A stretch of 64,000 bases of DNA from Raillietiella orientalis (lineage: Eukaryota): assembly GCA_036172245.1 (NCBI GenBank), contig JAYWIR010000022.1:2542001-2606000 (forward strand), in the 5' to 3' direction. Each line of letters opens with the position of its first letter. The stretch's first letter is position 1. Shown piece by piece: positions 10,301-47,100 of this stretch. The notes beneath the pieces were generated by a model. That model did no database searches. It saw only the letters and a program-made list of their open reading frames with translations, and was not told where the DNA came from. The position numbers were made by a program, and so were the translations under genes.

Positions 10301-12842
10301 AAACATTTGCCTAAGTTCACCAAATACCATCACTTCATTTCAATTTTGCAACCAGCACCGCCATCGCACTTGGCTGAAAATCAAATACACATGCTTTGTT
10401 CAGTTTGCATCAACTTCTGATCAGTTGCAACAGACTCAAGATCTCAATCTGACGAAGCCCGCCTTCCGGAAACAAGTCATGAAAATGAAATCAAAAATCC
10501 ATTTCTACGGATAACGAAGCTGCTGAAAGCATGGTTGAGTCCACCCTGGGTGCACCGCCCTAATACAACCTTTCAAGAATCTGTGTGGATTCCCAACATT
10601 AATGCACAGAACACAATAGGGGAGGGAGATGACGAGAGGAAGAGAGGGGGGGGGGGGAACCCCTCTCACTGAGCCTAAATTTTGTGTAGTGATCATCCAT
10701 GTTCTCATCGTGCTGCAAGGTATCAAAGGGATGCATTTTATGGTGCAGAAGGAAGAACCGCACGTGTGTGCTAATGAGGGATCTCCCCGTTGTCTTTGGT
10801 CTCTCCCCACATTTCCTTCGTCATTTATGAAAGCACCGCCAAACAAGGAAATCGGGTGGAAGAAAATCAAGTGAGATGGGCAACTAGCGACTACAGCATC
10901 TCATACAGTGTTAATTTCCCACAGGATCCAGTTTTTTTTCCCCTTTGTCCTTTCCACTGCGTTCCATCTCGTCGGATCCGCCCGCGGATGGACGCTGCCC
11001 TCATCGTTCATCGGTGAGGGGAGGGTGAAGAGGGTTGAGCTCCTTGCATGTGCACTCTGGAGAGAGAGAGCTACAAGTCCATGTAGGAAAGCATGCCATT
11101 TCGTAATCCAAGACTTTCATCTCGTAAAGGATGCTCTCGCCGAGTAGCAGAAACCAACGGCAGAAGCCTGAAGAGGTGCTACTCATAAAAAGGAAAAATC
11201 CTCTTAGCATGTACTTTCGATCAAACCCACGTCCAGTGTTTTACATTCATGCAACAGCATTCAGATGGTGTTTTATGGGGCTTCGAATGATTTCCAGATT
11301 GTGAATTGTGTCTGTCAAGTGCTGACATAGAGCTGAAAGAGAAGATACATACATCTGCTCCAGCCAGAAGGAAACACCGAGTTGGTCTCGACACTGTGCA
11401 CAGATAGACATTTTTTTTTGTTAATAAAACGTGTTTGCTCGTTTGCTTCCTTTATCTCAGAGGAGTTCCACACGAATGTGTAAAGCGTTGTGTAATAGTC
11501 TTCGAGAAAACCTTGATTCAGAAATTTCGAGAGTTTTTCTTTTTTCCTGTTCTCGGTCCCGTTTGCTGCAAAATTCTCATTGCACTGATCTCAAAACGTC
11601 TCGTTCAGTGATTCTGCCGGCATTCTCGCATTGAAAAGGAAATTTGGGATTTCGATCTTCATTTAGCATGAAGGATAAAAACATCTTTCATGTCTTTCAC
11701 AGCTTCTCTCCGTCGAACACCGAGCTTAAAATATATGGCAGAAAAAAAAGAATTCAGTGCCATCTAAGTAGCGAAGAACGATGGTAGGTTAATAAATGTC
11801 TCAGCAGTTGATGAATCCCCGAAGACAGAAAATGGTCAAGTTCGGTTTTCCAATTTTTTTTTTTTTTCATTTCCTTTTCGAAACTTCTGCATTATGCCGA
11901 CTAGGTTTTCAAAGAGGATAGGGACTTCCGTGGGAATGCAATCTTGAGAACGCCTTTCATCTTTCGTTACGATGCTCGCTTTAATTTTAGTTTTGGTTTC
12001 CTCTGTGAAGTGTTTCTTAGGATCCCCCTTCTCTGCTTTGATTTTTCTCTAATTTTCATCTTACTTTGATTTCGGTAAAGGGGACATTCTACTGAGCAAA
12101 ACAAAGTGTTCACTTCTTCAACATGCATCGACGTATGTTACACCTATTCTATGACACTGGTATTCAGTTCCCAGTGATCTCAATCCATTCTTGTCGAACT
12201 TCAGAACAGATGTATGTAAATGTGCTACAGGTAAAAAAAAATAAAAGGAAAAATGCATATCAATTCTGAGTGATTCCGTAGCTATACGAATCTCCAAAGA
12301 ATCAAAATTTACCACAGCCGTAGGACTAGAGTTTAGAGTCCATCAACCTTGTGGCTAGAAAAATTTTGTTTCATTGTCTTATACAAAAGCGGCTTTCAAA
12401 TTCTGTTTTCACGGCAAATGTTTGCGGGAAAAAAGATGGCAAATGATCTTGAGGACAAACAACTGTTTTGACTAAAGCATTCCGTTTTGTTTCTGTGCGT
12501 GCGCGTATTCGATGATATTCACGACACGAAGATGGGTAGCGATTACACTTAGAATACTACAGAGAATGCTACTACACACGAACCGTGGTCCTGGCCTTAT
12601 GGTTTGCACACATCGATCGAAAACTCTTCGGGTTCCTAGGTCTTTTTCATGGGAAGAAAGCAAATCCGCAAGGGGATCCCCGGATAGAAACGGGAAGAGG
12701 TTAATGTCGAATATCCGTAGGGACTGTGGATTTGAAATGATTATGAAAAGAACACTGCATTGTGAACATTGTGAATTTTTAATGGTGCTTTCGTAAGCTA
12801 CGCTCAAATCACAACTTTCTATTTCTTTATTCACAATTTAAT

Positions 12843-38124
<25,282 letters not shown>

Positions 38125-41100
38125 GGCGCTTGGCGACGAGAGAGTTCTCACATCTTCGTATGTGCTTTGTTCGGTCTCAAACGAAACTCATTCACCTATT
38201 TTCCACATTCCAGCAGAAACCTCGCTTACTCGGAACACAATCGGTTAGCAATATCTAGGAGGATGCGAGTTCTGCATGCTCCTACGACCACCAAGAATTA
38301 GGAACCACCATGTATTTTCAGAATGATAACTGGCAAGCATCTGGGATTAGCATACACTCCGCTTCGGGAATGCACCACGCAGCTCCTGCAGCCTTCGGCT
38401 GCAGGAGCTGAACGGTGGGACAACGGAAAATTACAGGTGACGAAGAAGCAAAAACATTGCTGGCGACTAATGCTGAAACGAGGGGGCTGCTGCCGCTCGC
38501 AAGGGCCTCAAAGTGCTGGAAACGACCCTGGTGACAGGATGCCGCGCTTCTTCCAGAACCAATTATCAGTCGCAAAACGTCGCATGCTGGAAAGTATTGC
38601 CGTTCCAAAGGCAAATAGGCAAAGAAGAGCGGGTAAACAAGTAAACAAGAAGGAACGGACGGTAAATAGCCGCAGACTGGAGAACGTTTGAATCGCAGCG
38701 CGCTACGAGGGGACCGAATAATTGCTGCTTTCAAAGGAGGATCCGAAGACAAACAACGAATTGCGCAAGCCGACGAAAGATGCACAGATGCTCTGTATGG
38801 ATGTGTCTCGGGAATCTTCGAACGATACTCTCGGCATACCGACGTCTCGTTCATTAAGCCTCCGATTCTAGAACATTCCCAAGGAACTAGCGTGCTGAGA
38901 ATCCCCAGTCCTTAGGCGGTTCTTCGAAGTTAATATCAGGGTTCGACTGTCGCTCGGGGCTTACAAAGGTGGGAAGCTTGAGGGCCAAATGGAACAATAT
39001 GCAGGACACAAAATCAGCACACCTCCCACTCGGGTGACCACCACGGAGCACCGTTTAAAGGACAAACTGTTTCCATGCACAAGGATATGGCAGCAAGAGT
39101 TTCCGGATATCAGTCTGAAACAGGAATCTGTTTGAACGAGCGGAATGGGTCGGGCAAGGACCACACCAGCATAACAACGAAGCGAGTGAAGAACAACAAC
39201 AAATCTGGAAGCTGACATTCGGTAATCCCAATGCAAGCTCGGAAACACGAAGCAGATAAATCCGGCTCCTTCTTATTCTTGTTTTTTTTCCTTTCAAAGA
39301 ACACGAGAAGAAGAAAAAGTGTTTTTTTTCCCCTTCTTTTCTTTCTTCTTCTTCTTCTTCATCTCTAGAGGAAACTTGAAAATCAATTAGGAAGGAGAAC
39401 TCGGCTACGTGTAGTGGAAGGAAACCATCCCGTGCAGGAGTGTGATGTTGACATGAGCTCAGAAATACATGATCTTTAGCATTCCGCAGATTTCAAAAAG
39501 ACAGATGCGTAATAGAAAGAGCGATCCACATCCGTCTTGTAAGTTTCGGAAAACTCCAATCGCTCATTAACAAAAAAAAAAGAAGAAAAAACTTTGAGTA
39601 AGAATGCCGGAATCGAAACCATCGAGACAAGATTATGAATAAATGATTAGCAGAAGAGAAAAAAAAAACGCCCTACTCCAATTGAGATGCATTTCGTACT
39701 AGTCCACACATTAATTGGATTCCAAAGCGAATTGATCACCGCCACAAATATTCCAGACAATAAAATGGAAAACGTCATCATTTCGCTTCGGATGCTGACG
39801 GCCATCCTAACTGCTGATCCCTGGCAGATGAATCCGATCCAAGAGTAACGCATCACGGTAATTTGAATGTATACGTTGTAAAACTCCCTTTATTCTGCTT
39901 CCCCCGAATCTCTTCAGGTGCCTCAAAGACCCTAGGACCTCAAGCAATTTGCAAACAAAACGGTGGATTCCTCGGATGGGATGCTGGGTCACTTTCTCCA
40001 GGCGTCAAAGAGAAACACAGCACAGCACAACTCTCCATCGATAAACCACGTAATGAAACGAACGGCTCCACGAGAGTGACAGCTGGGAAAATGCCGGGAC
40101 CGTTTTTCCCTGTCCAGATGCATTCAATCAATCACGAAAGAGGAAAAATTCGAAAATCTTTTCCCGCGCCCGCTTTCCCGAGACACATCTAAGATGGGCG
40201 GGTGCCATGCTCTCCGGCTGGTGCGTGGAATCCAAGGAGCACAGTTTCCCACCCACAGAAACCACGGTTGCCGTCTGACCAGCCCAAGAGAGAGACCGAG
40301 CAGCCAACCTGCGTGAGTAAATCACACACGCGCGCGCGCGCGTCCACCTCACAGGAAACAAAAAAACCCCACCATGCATGCGTTCCATACGTTGGGGCTG
40401 CGAAATCCTGAAGGAAGGGCGGTAAGTGAACACTACGGGGGTGGGTGGGTGGGGGGGGACAACAGATCACATCACACGTGAAACGTTTCGCAGTGCATCG
40501 AACCCGGGTGGTAAGTAACATCACGAATGATAACAACAACATCAGTTCACAAGTAGCCAGCAAAGTGGATGCTCAAGACATGAGTGCGCTTCGCCGGTGA
40601 GGGGGTCAAATAGAAGGACCTGGTCGCTGAACAGACACGGACGCCGGGCAAAAGTCGCAACACGGGAGCGGCTAAGCGCGTGCACGTCAGAAGAAGCGCA
40701 GCATCGCTTCGTCTCTGCCGAAAAGGGCAGGAACGGACGAGAACACTCGCCGACAGAAACCTGGGAAGCTGCGGACGAGACCGATCTCTAAAAGATCACC
40801 ACCACCGAGGTTTATGTGATTCCTTTGGTTGCGTTAGCGCCCGTTTTTTTTTTTTTTTTTTTTTCTCTCAGGAAAGAAAGAAAGGAAAAAAAGGTCCTTT
40901 TTTACATACGAGAAAATTCTTCCTGAACGGAAGGCCAAAATCAACCTGCGAATTCTCGATGCGTGACGAAATGACCGGAGGAAGCCTGAAATCTCAGGCA
41001 ATTAGCAAAGACACACCACTAGAACTCGGGGGTCGGACGCGTAAAGCACCGCCGATGTGCCACGAATCACTGCAACGTAATCCTCAACTTGCTGGGACTC

Positions 41101-44066
41101 TAAGAGAATGGCAATCCGTCCTCAAAGTTCGCCAAGTAATAAATCTCGAACATGATGGCCTGTACTTCTGACAGACTCAGCAGCAGTTTGAGACGGGGGG
41201 GGGGGGAGAGGGAGGGGGGCAAACGAAAACATGGGAAACTTACTACACTCTTATATTCCTGAATGCTGGGTTATTTTCGTTTGGGATCCAAGCCCAACAG
41301 GGATGCATAAACGATCGAAAGAATGCGAGTGAGCACCACACACAGGAGGGGGAGGGAGGAAGAGAGAAAGGAAAAAAAAAAAAAAAAAGAAAGAAAGAAA
41401 AAGAAAAGAAAAGAAGAAGCACACGTTTGCAGCCACTTCCAGCTTTCGCGGAGCGATGCAGGCGTACAACCGCAACCACCACCGCAACCTCATGCGATGC
41501 GTACAAGAGAGCGCGCGCGCAGCCGTTCCGCGCCGGTCTAATCACATCCGTAATTGCAAATCACCATTGCGTATTGACAGCACTTCGATATAAAACACAC
41601 TATCACGAATTCGCGCTACTGCTGGGTTCCTCTGCGTCCGCTCGAGGAAGGAATCGCTCACGACTCGCCAATCACGTTCACCGGAGTGAGCGAAAGACTT
41701 CTCCACCAGAGGAATCGGTCCCGAGGCGGGGATGAAAACGCCCGGAACCACAGCGCGAGGATGATGGAAAAGGGGTCGCATTAAAGCGAGAAAATGGAGT
41801 ACACGGAATGGACAAAGAATAAGAGACCAATTAGCTCGAGCCAAGCATTAACGAGTGTTCTGTTAACAGTAGGATAATGGACAACTTGGACGGCAGCGTT
41901 CCGTCTTCATCTCCTCGCTGCAACGGTGCAAAGTTTCAAGAGAAATGAGATGCGGCGCACACACTCTCGGCAGAGATGCGCGGCATCTCTGCCTCGCCGT
42001 TGCCGTTTGTCTGTTTGTTTACTTATCTGTTTTTTTTTTTTTTTTTTCTCGTAGAGAGAGAGAGAAAAAAAAAAAAAAAAGATCAGGCTCCTTTTCCGAA
42101 CTGCCGATCGGAGGCAAAGGCCAAATATTGGGATCATTCGATCGTGCACACAGTGCCAAAGGCACCGGAGTAGCAAGTTACTAAACACGTATGCGATCAC
42201 ACAGAATAGTAATGAACTCAAGGAAGAACTCTAGAGCAGCAGCGAGCCGATGTCATGGAAACCACGGGGAAGAGGCCAGAAAGCAGCATGCGATGTCAGC
42301 GTGTGCATTCCGAGCGCTGGCCTCCTTTACTGTTTTCTCATAAACGGAAAGGACAGTCAGGCGAATCCAAATCTTCGTGTTTTTTTTTTTCTTTTTTTGC
42401 TCTCCATTTTTTATTTTTTTTCACGGGCAAATGAAACGGACTCCGAGATTCAATTTACTCGCGATGTGCGCATCCAGCATCTTTCTTTGCAGCATAAGGA
42501 TTGCACCGACCACTTCCAAAAAATGCCGGCGAGTTGAGGAAAAAAAAAAAAAAAACACTCTCGCCCTTATAAAATAAATCTTGGACGAGGTATCATAGCC
42601 TTAGGAACCACCTGAAGAATGCAAGAGGTCATAAAAGTTAAATTGCTTCCATACCGTATATCCAGAAGGCAGAAATATTGGGATTATTGCCGAGTCCCCC
42701 TAACATAGCAAAGAAAATTCTTAGAAAGTCATGGAACTTGGCGATACCAATCAAGAGAACACTTCCCACTCTGAGCGTGACAGTGAACTAGTTATCAAAG
42801 CCATAAGAGAGGGGATAGAAAACAAAGGAAACAGGGGAGATGTCGAGAGCTCTCCTTCTCTGATCAAAATTATGGGATTAATACGGCGTGAGGCAACTCT
42901 GCTCCCCATCGGCACGCTCGAGACGACAACGGAAGAAGAATCCATTGTAAAGTGAGTAGCAATTTCTTCCTCGGGCCGAAGTGGTCAAGTTCCGACTCGA
43001 TTCCGCTCACGTCAGCATATCAATCCGCTGCCCTTTATTTATTCGCCCTGACCTGACTCTGCGAGATTTTTGCCTATACCGGGGGGGAGGGGGGGAAGGG
43101 AATAAATAAGTAGATGATCGAAAGGAAAACTCCAGCAGCGACGGAGAGAGAGATTGGTGATCGCAAACACCCCATCAGACGCGGCAGCTCAGACCACGAT
43201 TGCTATCACCGACCCACGCGCATTTCATTGATCATTGACGTGCCTCGGAACCGACGTGTCTCACTTTGAGTCGGCATTCGTGTCATAGGGGGTTGGCACA
43301 CATTGACGAGCTCATAGTTAACTTAGAATGCCACCTTAGAAGGTTATTTGACGACGAAGCAGGGACGAAACAAAGGTAGAGAGAAGCCTCCCCTCCTGCG
43401 GGCGCGGGCGCGCGACCGGTGGACTGCATTGTGGCCAATGCCGCATTAAGAGTCGGGTTGCCATGGCTGCGTGCCATCGATAGACCAAGGAAATGGTTTA
43501 CGCTGGAAAAAGAAAAAAAAAAAAAGAAACGTGCACGTCGATACGGTTCACACGAGAAAAGTTCGAATGGGAAGCGCAGAGATCGAAATGGTTCGCAGCC
43601 CGAATCGAACGGCGGTACCAACCAACCAGCCGAAGCAACCACTCGGTCCATGAACGTATTCATCAAGAGTACGACATCCCTTTCCTTTTCTGTTGTCTTT
43701 TCCTCTTCTTCTTCTTCCTCGCTTTTTTGTTTTTTGTTTTTTTTTTCAAATCCTGCAGCTCAGAACACAAGCAGAAGGAACCAGCTTCACCGTAAGCTCG
43801 GAGCACCGAAGACCTCAGAAACAAGGGAAGGGAGACCAGAACCAAGAAGTGGTGGTCGGTGTAGCTATCCGAATCCTCTGAGAACGGACGGAAATTCGAG
43901 AACGACCAGACAGCATCAACAAAATGTGGATGCCGCCAAGACAGACACACACATACACACACGCGCGCGCGCAAAAACTTGGTGACTAGTTACTAAAGCA
44001 GAGAAGATGCAAAAATAACAAGTACTAACTCTCGGCCGCCTATCAGAAAGCAAAGTGTCTCCTTCC

Positions 44067-44109
44067 GACAAGCATTTCTGTCTTCTGTCAGAAGACAGAA
44101 ATGCTTGTC
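44067..44109. repeat. Perfect palindrome, 21-bp arms with a 1-nt spacer
   Basis: GACAAGCATTTCTGTCTTCTG T CAGAAGACAGAAATGCTTGTC. Confidence 0.95.
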
Positions 44110-47100
44110 AGAGTATAATGCATTGCTAATTTCATCAGCGGAGACGTCAGCTTAGGATGAATGGATGGGCACATTTATTTACCCACGCATAAAAGTTTCC
44201 TCATTTTCAACAACGGGGATGCGTTGGATGCTTCAAGCGTTTTCCTTCTTCCTCTTCCTTGCCCACGAGGGTGCGCCCCGGTTGGGTTGATGGCGACCCG
44301 GGAAAAGAATTCTGGAGCTTCCGAAAGAACGCGAGCGCTCTGTGAACAGCACGCATTATCGACGGAGCGAGGCGTGTAAAAAAATGACTCCAGCGTTGTC
44401 ATGAGAACGGCGAGGTGACACTCTGGAGCCCAAGTCAGGGAATCGCTCCGCGGCGACCCCGCCAGCGGTTGGCAGGGAAAGAGGACCGTTTGGGGCGCAG
44501 CTTGAACTCGGCACCTTCGCTCCAAGCGGAGTGGCGGCGAACGCGCGCACGCAGGGCTCCCACGTCCGCAAATCGGCTTTATAGAACAGAGAGAGAGAGA
44601 GAGAAAGAGAATCGAGCTGTGCCCACCACTTGACTTTGAGAGCCGCTTTCCTCTAAACCCCTGGAGTACGTCCCTGACCAGGTAGCAGCAAAACAGGATT
44701 CCGCGTCTGAACGTGACGCTTAGCTGCAAGAAGCGGCGCGTGATCGACTTGGCTTATGGATTTTCGGCCTCAAGGCCTTTGCAGGAGCAAGCAAGGTTGC
44801 CAGGGTTTGCGTAGCGCTGCCACAAAGCTCCTCTAGCGCCGACTGGAATCGCAGAGTTCCCCCCCCCCTCTCTCTTAGCTCCTTCACGCTTCAGAAGCGG
44901 CATATTCTTGAGACGGAGGTGAAAAGGAAGGGTTGAAGAAGAAAACAGCGTCCTTGTTTCTCAGCCTCTGTTTTTTTTTCTTTCCTTCTCGTTTCCAAAC
45001 AACACCCTCTTATGCTCTAGAACTGCTATAAGCGTGCAGATCTGGTTCGCTCATCAGTCGCAGCGACCGCGCGAACCCGAGGTATATCTGCCTAGCCATT
45101 CAACCAGAAATAACGAGGTCATCGGCTCCCGGAACGGTTCGGGACACACGCGGACCCCCTGGGAAACTCTGCGCGCTGCGCTGAACCTCTGCCGACGGTC
45201 CCTGCATCCTGGTTGCGGGAATGTGACGGTCCCGCGGGACGGATCCCGGATTCCCGAGGAGACCCGGAAGAGGAACCGCTTTTCGTGTCCTGCAGCCGAC
45301 AGGGACGGCGGTTGGATCTGCTCCCTCCATTCCAAGGAGAGAGAGGTCGCTTTCGCCGCGGCAGACCTCGGTTCCCGCTCCTCTCCCGGCTTGCGGGATT
45401 CAGCAGCCCGAGGACGCGTGCGTGCATTCTGCCACTTTTTGCAGCCAGCGGAGGGCATCTGCGAACGGGGAAGATCCGGAAAAAAGATTACAGTCATTCG
45501 ACCGGACCACTGCGGGACGAAGTTCCGCAGCGCTCCGGCAACCTTAGCACGCCTAGACGGATGACCTTGTTGATTGTGGATGAGCTGTCGGTTTCATGTT
45601 TGGCTCCAGAGTGGCCGCAGCTCGGTTGCTCTGGATTCCCAGAGTCGGCAAGCTTTCCGAGATAAAGCTGCAAGACGTATCAGCGTCCGTGCTTATCAGT
45701 GCAAAGCCGATTTCGTGCTCATCGATTCTCGCCCCGCTTGCGGCCTGTTCTTTTTTCTTTTTTTGAACACGATATCGAGGATGTCCTGTTACATCTGATG
45801 CCAGCAGAGGTCGTCCCTCCCTGCAGATGCAGCGCAAACGACCTCTGTTGAATGATCTCGAGGCTTGGGGTACCCAGGAAGTTCCGCTCCCGGGAGAGCG
45901 GTGAGATGGGAACAGGCACGGGGAAGCATTCCGCGCGCAAGGATACCCTCCCGAGTCCTGGGCTGCCCTCCCTTCTCCCGACCTGCCCAGCGTCGCGTAT
46001 CCCACTGCGCGCACGCACGGACGTACAGCGCAGGACCACTTTCATCTCTGCATGAGAGAATCTCCCGAGGCGCGGCGCGCAGCGGCTGACGCGACCAGTG
46101 AAAAGACTCTGGGGTCTTCCGGGATTCTCGACAGGAGAGGGTCGGAAAATTCGGGAACGCGTGGGCTCTCGACGCGAGTTCCTTCGCGGAAATCACCCGA
46201 TGTTTTCGGGGGCGAATCGAACGAGGGGCATGCAAGCAGGATCGTTCTGGAAATGGCTTTCGGGAATAAAATTGGTGAAAACGTGAAACCATCACCAACA
46301 AAAAAAAAAAAAAAATTACGGGGGGCTTCTTTCAGATCAGCAATCATTTCCATTCAATTACTGACTGAGGACGAAAATTTTCGAACTGGTGGCGATCCTC
46401 TGTACCGGCCCTCTCGAGACGGCGCTGGAAAAATCTGTAAGAAGTTTCCAACAGTGTCAAAGGAATGAAGGCGAAAGCCATTTCTTTTGTTTTGAGGGTC
46501 GTGCCTTGTTTATGGCTTAGCTGGGAGGCATGCCGATGCACCGACTTCGCCCTGGGATTTCGAAAGGGAATGCAGCAAACAAAGGGGGATGCTTCAGAGA
46601 CGCGGGAACGACGTGTAAACGATCATCGATTATCATCTCCGCTTCGCATCCTCACGCCGGCACGGACATCCCCATTTCTCTCCCTCTTTCTCTTTCCAAA
46701 CAATCTTCGATGGCTTCTTAATCGGATAATCTGATCGTGGAATCGATGTTCCGGGTTCCACCCAATTTTCTGCGGAGAGATGAATCCCCCGTGTGCCGCA
46801 CAGGCACGCCATCCATTTACTTGCTTAAAAAAAAATCAACAGGTAGTGGATAATGATGGGTTCATTCGAGAGTCAGTAACAGCAGAGCGCGGAACGGTTC
46901 TACGAGGTACGACGAATAGGTTGCCGGTAATAGGCGCAGGAAACGGTTCGAAAGAGTCCTTCGACGTTAGCACGCATGCGCACGCTGCCAGGCAGCTAAT
47001 TTTCGCTGCCCCGAGCAACAGAATTACCTGCCAAATTATCCGTGTCATTCCATGAATTAATGCAATAAACGGAGAGAATCGAAGGAAAAAAAAAAAAGAA

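Noticed and set aside
39735..39780. Minus-strand ..YLW(R)|GTGATC as the missing first half of the Cys-rich domain
   Set aside because: Lacks the His and CxxC ligands, and has in-frame TGA stops just upstream with no acceptor in between.
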